Assembly (NCBI GenBank): GCA_963701485.1
Contig: CAVPAA010000007.1
Span: 6,894-70,893 of the forward strand
Direction of reading: 5' to 3'
From: an uncultured Actinomycetota bacterium
GTDB lineage: Bacteria > Actinomycetota > Actinomycetes > Propionibacteriales > Nocardioidaceae
DNA length: 64,000 nucleotides
A program made the translations under genes and the position numbers. This document shows positions 57,536 through 64,000 of the stretch, piece by piece (the first letter of the stretch is position 1; the number at the start of each line of letters is the position of its first letter). The notes under the pieces are model-generated. The model was not told the origin of the DNA. It saw nothing but the letters and a program-made list of their open reading frames with translations, and searched no databases.

Positions 57536-58430
57536 GCCGTGCTCCCAACGCGTAGGTGACGACGTCGAGCACGTCGACCTCGCCCGATGCGATCCGTGTC
57601 GTGGGCACCCACGCGACGGCGTCGGTGGTGCCGTCCACCTCCACCACCCGGGGCTCCCCGTCGGCCACGCGCGCCCGGTAGAGGAGGTGCACCCCGTGGT
57701 AGTCCTCGATCCGCCCCGACGGGGCGGTGCCGGAGAAGTGGGTGTCGTGCACGCCGAGCAGGTCGCCGACCTCGCACGCCAGCCCGCACTCCTCCTCGAC
57801 CTCCCGTGCCAGCGCGACCGACGGGTGCTCGCCGTGGTCGACGCCCCCGCCGGGCAGCGTCCACCGACCGGGGTGCGCGGCGCTGGAGGAGAGCCGGGTC
57901 AGCAGCACCTCGTCGCCGCCTGCGGCGCAGCGGGTGACGACGGCGTACGCCGCGACGCGCTGCAGCCGGAACGGCTGGTGGTCGACGAGCGCCTCGGTCA
58001 CCACCGACGACACCGGGACGGCGCCCACGGCGACGTCGTCGAGCGCCTTCCAGGCGGCCTCGACCGTGGAGCCGTCGACCTCGACCACCCGCGGGGCGGG
58101 CGCGTCCGGTGACACCCAGCCCTCGTAGACCAGGCGGATCGCGTGGGCGTCGACGAGCTGCCCGTCCCGCGGCGTGCGGGGCATGTGGGCGCTGTAGACC
58201 CGGGCGCGGTCACCCACCGTCGCGTCGAGGCCCGCCTCCTCCTGCACCTCGCGGATCAGGGCGTCGCGCGGGTCCTCGCCGTGGTCGACACCGCCGCCCG
58301 GCAGGGTCCACAGCTCGGAGCGCGAGACCCGCGGCGCGAGCCGGCTCAGCAGGATCTCGACCCGACCACCGCGCTCTCGGAGGATGACGGCGTACGCCGC
58401 CACCCGCTGTCGCCTCGGCAGGGATCCCAT
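57528..58430 (-). CDS. tandem NUDIX hydrolase (two Nudix domains)
   Basis: Two Nudix boxes: LPGGGVDHGEDPRDALIREVQEEAGL and LPGGGVDHGEHPSVALAREVEEECGL. Confidence 0.85.
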   Translation of the reverse strand: MGSLPRRQRVAAYAVILRERGGRVEILLSRLAPRVSRSELWTLPGGGVDHGEDPRDALIREVQEEAGLDATVGDRARVYSAHMPRTPRDGQLVDAHAIRLVYEGWVSPDAPAPRVVEVDGSTVEAAWKALDDVAVGAVPVSSVVTEALVDHQPFRLQRVAAYAVVTRCAAGGDEVLLTRLSSSAAHPGRWTLPGGGVDHGEHPSVALAREVEEECGLACEVGDLLGVHDTHFSGTAPSGRIEDYHGVHLLYRARVADGEPRVVEVDGTTDAVAWVPTTRIASGEVDVLDVVTYALGARRD

Positions 58431-58452
58431 GCCTCCAACCTAGTGAAGTAGC

Positions 58453-59487
58453 GTGAGCGCCGTGCCCCCCACGTCCCGAGATCCGTGGCTCGACAACGTC
58501 AAGATGGTCCTGATCACGCTGGTCGTCGTGGGGCACTCGATCGGGCTCGTGGAGGCCACCGAAGGCAGTCACTGGGTCTACGACTTCATCTACCTGTGGC
58601 ACATCCCGGCCTTCGTCTTCGTCAGCGGCTACCTCTCGAAGTCCTTCGAGTGGGACCGCCGCCGGATGAAGAGCCTGCTCTACACCCTCCTGATCCCCTA
58701 CCTGCTGTTCGAGCCCGCCCTGTTCTACTACCGCCGCGAGGTCGTCGGCGAGGGCGTGACGGGTCCGCTGTGGATCGAGCCGCACTGGACGATGTGGTAC
58801 CTCATCGTGCTGCTGATGTGGCGCCTGATCACCCCGATCCTCAAGCTGCACTGGCTCTTCCTGCCGCTGTCGGTGATCGTCAGCCTGGTCGGCGGGGTCT
58901 GGGACACCGAGGCGCTGATGATCCCCCGCTTCCTCGGCCTGCTGCCGTTCTTCGTGCTCGGCCTGTACCTCAAGCCCCGTCACCTCGCGCACCTCGACGA
59001 CGTGTGGGTGAAGGTCGCGGCGGTGCCGATGCTCGTCGGCATCGGGATCATGGCGCTCTACACCGACACCTGGGCGGAGTCGGCGCTGCTCTGGTACGAC
59101 ACCGGGTACTCCGAGATCCCGATCGACAACGAGATCGTCTTCCAGACCCGCCTCACCGTGATGATGGTCGGGCTGCTCGGCGCCTTCTCCGTGATGTCGC
59201 TGGTGCCGCGACGCAACCTCGGCTGGTTCACCACGATGGGCACCGCCACCATGGTCATCTACCTGTTCCACGGCTTCGTCATCAAGACGTTCATGGCGCT
59301 CGGCTGGCCCGACTTCACGGCCTCCTACCCGACGCTCGGCCTGGTCCTGACCGTCGTCGGCGCCGTCGGCCTCACCTTCTTCCTCGCGTGCCCGCCCGTG
59401 CGTCGCGTGCTCGAGCCGTTCACCAACCCCCTCGGCTGGCTGGAGGCGCGCCGCAAGCGGGCCAGCTCGACCGCGACGTCGGTCTGA
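58453..59487 (+). CDS. acyltransferase family 3 membrane protein
   Basis: WLDNVKMVLITLVVVGH...YLWHIPAFVFVSGY, about 10 TM helices. Start GTG 58453, or leaderless GTG 58462 behind TAGCGT. Confidence 0.8.
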   Translation: MSAVPPTSRDPWLDNVKMVLITLVVVGHSIGLVEATEGSHWVYDFIYLWHIPAFVFVSGYLSKSFEWDRRRMKSLLYTLLIPYLLFEPALFYYRREVVGEGVTGPLWIEPHWTMWYLIVLLMWRLITPILKLHWLFLPLSVIVSLVGGVWDTEALMIPRFLGLLPFFVLGLYLKPRHLAHLDDVWVKVAAVPMLVGIGIMALYTDTWAESALLWYDTGYSEIPIDNEIVFQTRLTVMMVGLLGAFSVMSLVPRRNLGWFTTMGTATMVIYLFHGFVIKTFMALGWPDFTASYPTLGLVLTVVGAVGLTFFLACPPVRRVLEPFTNPLGWLEARRKRASSTATSV

Positions 59488-59541
59488 CCGCAGCCCAGCA
59501 CCACGTCGAGGTGGGCACCCCGCCGGGTGTGTGCTCCCGGC

Positions 59542-60780
59542 TCAGGCGAAGGGCGGTCGGGCGTCGCGCGCGGCCGAGCGGCGGCCCGCCCATCGCCAGA
59601 CGCGTGCCGCGCGGTCGCGGTCGGCGTCGTCGACGAGGTTGCCCATCCAGCGCAGGGCCAGCGTCATCAGCCAGTCCGAGCGCATCCCGACCGGGCCGAG
59701 CGCCGACACGACCTTCGGCTGGGTGGCGATCCCGGCGAGGCGGCGGGCGATGGAGAACGCCTCGCCGTAGTGCTCCACCAGCGTCGAGCGCCACGCCTCA
59801 CCGAGGCCGACGCCGCTCGCGATGTGCTCGGCGACCAGGCGACCGGTCTCGAGGCCGTAGTCGATGCCCTCGCCGTTGAGCGGGTTGACGCACGCGGCGG
59901 CGTCACCGATGAGGGCCCAGTTGGGGCCGGCGACGTTGCTGACCGCGCCCCCCATCGGCAGCAGCGCCGAGGTCGGCATCCGCAGCTCGCCCGAGAGCCC
60001 GAAGTCGGCGCCGATCGTGTCGGCGTAGGTCTGCATCAGGGGCTTGATCGCGACCTCGGCGGGCCGCCGGCTCGTCGCCAGCGTGCCGGCGCCGAGGTTC
60101 ACGGTGCCGTCGCCGAGCGGGAAGATCCACCCGTAGCCCGTCACCAGCTCGCCCTGGTCGTCGCGCAGCTCGAGGTGCGAGCTGATCCACGGGTCGTCGC
60201 TCATCTCCGAGTCGACGTAGGAGCGGCCGGCGACCGCGTAGACGGTGTCACGGTGCCACTCGCGCCCGAGCAGCTTGCCGAGCGGCGAGCGGACGCCGTC
60301 GGCCACGACCAGCCACCGGCAGGCGACCTCGTAGGTGCCCTCGTCGTCGCGCAGCTCGACCGCCGCGACCCGCTCCCCCTCCCGGCGTACGCCGACCGCG
60401 CGGGCGCCGTCGACGGCACGGGCGCCGCTCTTGATCGCCACCGTGCGCAGGTGGTCGTCGAGCTCGGTGCGGGTGACCGCCGAGCCCCAGTCGGGCAGCG
60501 AGCCGCCCGGCCACGGGAGGAGGAGGGTCTGGCCGAAGCCGTGGGCACGCAGGCCCTCGTTGACGGTGTGGGCGCGCAGCCAGTCCTCGAGGCCGAGCTT
60601 CTGCATCTCCCCGATCGCGCGCGGGGTGAGGCCGTCACCGCACGTCTTGTCACGCGGGAACGTCGCGGCATCGGCCAGCACGACGTCGAGCCCGGCACGG
60701 GCGGCCCACGCAGCGGCGGCGGAGCCGGAGGGGCCGGCGCCGACGACGAGGACGTCGGCGGAGGTGGGTCGTGTCTGCAC
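59542..60780 (-). CDS. geranylgeranyl reductase family FAD-dependent oxidoreductase
   Basis: DVLVVGAGPSGSAAA, CGDGLTPR, ADG..S, GYGWIFP, LIGDAA..VNP..GEGI. Confidence 0.85.
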   Translation of the reverse strand: MQTRPTSADVLVVGAGPSGSAAAAWAARAGLDVVLADAATFPRDKTCGDGLTPRAIGEMQKLGLEDWLRAHTVNEGLRAHGFGQTLLLPWPGGSLPDWGSAVTRTELDDHLRTVAIKSGARAVDGARAVGVRREGERVAAVELRDDEGTYEVACRWLVVADGVRSPLGKLLGREWHRDTVYAVAGRSYVDSEMSDDPWISSHLELRDDQGELVTGYGWIFPLGDGTVNLGAGTLATSRRPAEVAIKPLMQTYADTIGADFGLSGELRMPTSALLPMGGAVSNVAGPNWALIGDAAACVNPLNGEGIDYGLETGRLVAEHIASGVGLGEAWRSTLVEHYGEAFSIARRLAGIATQPKVVSALGPVGMRSDWLMTLALRWMGNLVDDADRDRAARVWRWAGRRSAARDARPPFA

Positions 60781-60828
60781 GCTGCGATTCTCCCTTGCCG
60801 CACCGCATGCGGCGACACCGCCTCGGCC

Positions 60829-61389
60829 TCAGCGGTGGAACGGACCGTGGGAGAGCAGGTGGACCGCGTCGTCGAGGCACCCGGTGGTGGGGTGCATGAC
60901 GAAGAAGGGCCGCGCCGCGTCGGGCGGGTGGACGAGGAACGCGTCGACGCCGGCGGGGCGGCACGTGCGGCTGGGATAGTTGGCCGCCACGGTCTCCGAG
61001 ACCCGGCTGAGCGCGCGTTCGCCGGGCGCCAGCACGACCCGGCGGGCCGTGCCTGGCTCGCGGTCAGCAGGCGCGCCGACCTGGGTCCCGTCGCCGCCTC
61101 CGACGTAGGACAGGCCGCCGTAGCCCTGGACGGTGCACGCCGAGCCGCCGACGTTGCGCAGCCGGATCACGCCGTAGCGGTGACCGGCTGCGGCGTCCCG
61201 CGCCCGGTAGTCGGCGTGCAGCTGCTTGCTGGCGCACACCGGCACCACCGCCCCACCGGCCGCCCCACCGGCCGAGGCGCTGGCCGGCGCCGCGGTCGCC
61301 CCGGGATGCTCGTGGAAGGTGGCGACCAGCAGCACGGCGCAGACGGCGACCATCGACCAGAACGAGCGGTGCCACATCGATCGGACCAT
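60829..61389 (-). CDS. secreted DUF4232-like protein
   Basis: Signal MVRSMWHRSFWSMVAVCAVLLVATF...ATAAPA, then C...L......AAAGHRYG.I.LRN.GGSAC.V.GY.G. Conserved Cys pattern. Start moved to ATG 61389. Confidence 0.6.
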   Translation of the reverse strand: MVRSMWHRSFWSMVAVCAVLLVATFHEHPGATAAPASASAGGAAGGAVVPVCASKQLHADYRARDAAAGHRYGVIRLRNVGGSACTVQGYGGLSYVGGGDGTQVGAPADREPGTARRVVLAPGERALSRVSETVAANYPSRTCRPAGVDAFLVHPPDAARPFFVMHPTTGCLDDAVHLLSHGPFHR

Positions 61390-61491
61390 GCCGTCCAGTG
61401 TGCGCCGTGGGCCGAAATGCGCCGCGCCCCGGCCTCCGAAGAGGCCGGGGTCGGCGTTGCTGCGCACACGGATCGATCTCGGAACGCACAA

Positions 61492-61519
61492 CGCCCGCCC
61501 TCGCAAGCGAGGGCGGGCG
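61492..61519 (-). terminator. rpoC terminator hairpin
   Basis: CGCCCGCCCTCGC-aa-GCGAGGGCGGGCG, a 13-bp perfect stem 50 nt downstream of the rpoC stop. On the minus strand it is followed by TTGTGCGTT. Confidence 0.7.
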
Positions 61520-61568
61520 TTGGTGCTACTCGATCCGGGTCGTCACACCAGACCTGATCGCTTCGCGA

Positions 61569-64000
61569 TCAGTTCTGGTACGACCCAAAGTCGAAGTCGT
61601 CGAGCGCGACAGCCTGCGACGACGGACCGAAGTCGTAGTCGTAGGAGTCGTAGCCGGTGACCGAGTAGGCCGCGGCGCGCGCCTCCTCGGTGGGCTCCAC
61701 CCGGATGTTGCGGTAGCGCTCGAGGCCGGTGCCGGCCGGGATGAGCTTTCCGATGATCACGTTCTCCTTCAGGCCACGGAGGCTGTCGGAGCGGCCGTTG
61801 ATCGCGGCGTCCGTGAGCACCCGGGTGGTCTCCTGGAAGGAGGCCGCCGAGAGCCACGACTCGGTCGCGAGCGAGGCCTTGGTGATGCCCATGAGGACCG
61901 GGCGACCCGAGGCCGGCTTGCCGCCCTCGGAGACCACGCGACGGTTCTCCTCCTCGAACCGCACCCGGTCGACCAGGTCGGACGGGAGCAGGTTGGTGTC
62001 ACCGGACTCGATGACCGTCACACGACGCAGCATCTGCCGCACGATGATCTCGATGTGCTTGTCGTGGATCGCCACGCCCTGGGACCGGTAGACCTCCTGG
62101 ACCTCGTCCACGAGGTGCTCCTGGGCCTTGCGGACGCCGAGGATGCGCAGGACGTCCTGCGGGTCGGGCGTACCGGACGTGATGTGGTGACCGACGTTGA
62201 TGTGGTCGCCGTCCTCGACGTTGAGGCGCGAACGCTTCGACACCGGGATCTCCTGGACCTCGGAGCCGTCGTCGGGGGTGACCACGACGACGCGGGCCTT
62301 GTCGGTCTCCTCGATCTTCACGCGACCGGCGGACTCCGAGATCGGCGTACGACCCTTGGGCGAGCGGGCCTCGAAGAGCTCGACCACACGGGGCAGACCC
62401 TGCGTGATGTCGTCTGCGGAGGCCACACCACCGGTGTGGAACGTACGCATCGTCAGCTGCGTGCCGGGCTCACCGATGGACTGGGCGGCGATGATGCCGA
62501 CCGCCTCACCGATGTCGACCAGCTTGCCGGTGGCCAGCGAGCGGCCGTAGCACTTGGCACAGGTGCCGGTGCGGGCGTCGCAGGTCAGGACCGAACGGAC
62601 CTTGACCTCGGTGACACCGGCGGCCACGAGCTCACCGATCTTGACGTCACCCAGGTCCTCGCCGGCGGTGGCGAGCACCTCACCCGTCTCCGGGTGGAGG
62701 ATCTCGGTCGCCGAGGAGCGGGCGTAGGCCGAGGTCTCCACGTGCTCGTCGTCGATCCGCTTCGGCAGGCCACGCTCGGTGCCGCAGTCGTCCTCACGGA
62801 TGATGACGTCCTGCGACACGTCCACCAGACGACGGGTCAGGTAGCCCGAGTCGGCGGTGCGGAGCGCGGTGTCGGCGAGACCCTTGCGGGCACCGTGGGT
62901 GGCGATGAAGTACTCGAGCACCGTCAGGCCCTCGCGGAAGTTGGCCTTGATCGGGCGCGGGATGATCTCGCCCTTCGGGTTGGCCACCAGACCACGCATG
63001 GCCGCGACCTGCCGGATCTGGTTCATGTTTCCGGAGGCACCCGAGTCGACCATCATGTAGATCGGGTTCTTGCGGTCGAAGTTGGCCTCCATCGCGCGAC
63101 CGACCTCGGCAGCAGCCTGGGTCCACAGCTCGATGAGCTCCTGACGACGCTCGTCGTCGGTCATCACACCGCGCTCGTAGTTCTTCTGGACCTTCTCGGC
63201 CTGCGCCTCGTAGCGGCCCAGGATCTCGGCCTTGCTGTCGGGCGTGGTGACGTCGTCGATCGAGACGGTCACACCCGAGCGCGTGGCCCAGTGGAAGCCG
63301 GCGTCCTTGAGGGCGTCGAGCGAGGCAGCGACCTGCACCTTGGTGTAGCGCTCGGCGAGGTCGTTGACGATCGAGCCGAGGCGCTTCTTGCCGACCTCCT
63401 CGTTGACGAACGGGTAGTCCGCCGGGAGCGTGTCGTTGAAGTGGACACGGCCGAGGGTGGTGTCGAGCCGGAGAGCGGTCCGCTCCTCCCAGTCGGCGCC
63501 GAGCTCGAGGTCGAGCGGCGGCACCACGTCGGTGAGGCGGATGCTGATCTTGCTCTGCAGCGTGATCTCGCGACGGTCGAAGGCCATGATCGCCTCGGCC
63601 GGGCTGGAGAACACGCGGCCCTCGCCGGGCTCACCCTCACGGTCGGCGGTCAGCCAGAACAGACCGATGATCATGTCCTGCGAGGGCATGGTCACCGGAC
63701 GGCCGTCCGACGGCTTGAGGATGTTGTTGGTCGACAGCATCAGGATGCGGGCCTCGGCCTGCGCCTCCGCGGACAGCGGCAGGTGCACGGCCATCTGGTC
63801 ACCGTCGAAGTCGGCGTTGAACGCGCCGCACACGAGCGGGTGGATCTGGATGGCCTTGCCCTCGATCAGCTGCGGCTCGAAGGCCTGGATGCCGAGGCGG
63901 TGCAGGGTGGGCGCGCGGTTGAGCAGCACGGGGTGCTCGGTGATGACCTCTTCGAGGACGTCCCACACGACCGGGCGGGCGCGCTCGACCATCCGCTTGG
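61569..64000 (-). CDS. rpoC: DNA-directed RNA polymerase subunit beta', C-terminal ~810 codons (5' end outside window)
   Basis: ...[18 protein letters not shown]...[12 protein letters not shown] (catalytic NADFDGD)...trigger loop...ends [10 protein letters not shown]. The ORF is open to the window edge. Confidence 0.97.
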   Translation of the reverse strand, partial: KRMVERARPVVWDVLEEVITEHPVLLNRAPTLHRLGIQAFEPQLIEGKAIQIHPLVCGAFNADFDGDQMAVHLPLSAEAQAEARILMLSTNNILKPSDGRPVTMPSQDMIIGLFWLTADREGEPGEGRVFSSPAEAIMAFDRREITLQSKISIRLTDVVPPLDLELGADWEERTALRLDTTLGRVHFNDTLPADYPFVNEEVGKKRLGSIVNDLAERYTKVQVAASLDALKDAGFHWATRSGVTVSIDDVTTPDSKAEILGRYEAQAEKVQKNYERGVMTDDERRQELIELWTQAAAEVGRAMEANFDRKNPIYMMVDSGASGNMNQIRQVAAMRGLVANPKGEIIPRPIKANFREGLTVLEYFIATHGARKGLADTALRTADSGYLTRRLVDVSQDVIIREDDCGTERGLPKRIDDEHVETSAYARSSATEILHPETGEVLATAGEDLGDVKIGELVAAGVTEVKVRSVLTCDARTGTCAKCYGRSLATGKLVDIGEAVGIIAAQSIGEPGTQLTMRTFHTGGVASADDITQGLPRVVELFEARSPKGRTPISESAGRVKIEETDKARVVVVTPDDGSEVQEIPVSKRSRLNVEDGDHINVGHHITSGTPDPQDVLRILGVRKAQEHLVDEVQEVYRSQGVAIHDKHIEIIVRQMLRRVTVIESGDTNLLPSDLVDRVRFEEENRRVVSEGGKPASGRPVLMGITKASLATESWLSAASFQETTRVLTDAAINGRSDSLRGLKENVIIGKLIPAGTGLERYRNIRVEPTEEARAAAYSVTGYDSYDYDFGPSSQAVALDDFDFGSYQN

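Overview
High-GC actinobacterial chromosomal segment. The gene content and proteins look Nocardioides/Propionibacteriales-like, but that is a guess I cannot verify. It is mostly core housekeeping DNA with strong synteny to known mycobacterial neighbourhoods: groEL2 with tandem CIRCE operators; otsB / otsA; rlmB-cysS ... ispF/ispD ... carD; gpmA-phoU-senX3-regX3; mshA plus a YbjN-like gene; and the 3' part of rpoC. There is one tRNA (Thr-UGU). I found no rRNA, CRISPR, transposase, integrase or obvious prophage or defence genes. The most interesting locus is a well-formed SAM-I riboswitch (about 15720-15865, minus strand). It does not control a classical met gene. It controls a zinc-ribbon 'threonine synthase'-like PLP enzyme followed by a 91-aa MoaD/ThiS-type carrier ending in Gly-Gly. 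This is the architecture of a MetM/MetO-style (CysM/CysO-analogous) homocysteine synthesis route. Second-tier observations: (1) a collagen-like (Gly-X-Y) surface-protein gene broken by many frame changes between potA and groEL; (2) a lower-GC TadE/TadG pair with no other tad genes; (3) a 32-nt tandem repeat array with inverted arms in a rearranged ispF-cysS interval; (4) a degenerate IspD paralogue in the carD operon that overlaps, convergently, a canonical ispD; (5) a fasciclin-ECF sigma-anti-sigma (SigK/RskA/MPT70-like) operon whose anti-sigma gene is frame-disrupted; (6) a four-gene translationally coupled operon linking an S1P-lyase-like PLP enzyme and a GPH-type transporter to ung. At least eight genes show frame disruptions. 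I cannot tell genuine pseudogenes from assembly indels using sequence alone. All product calls come from motif recognition by eye, with no searches run. Start codons are best guesses, often off by a few codons.
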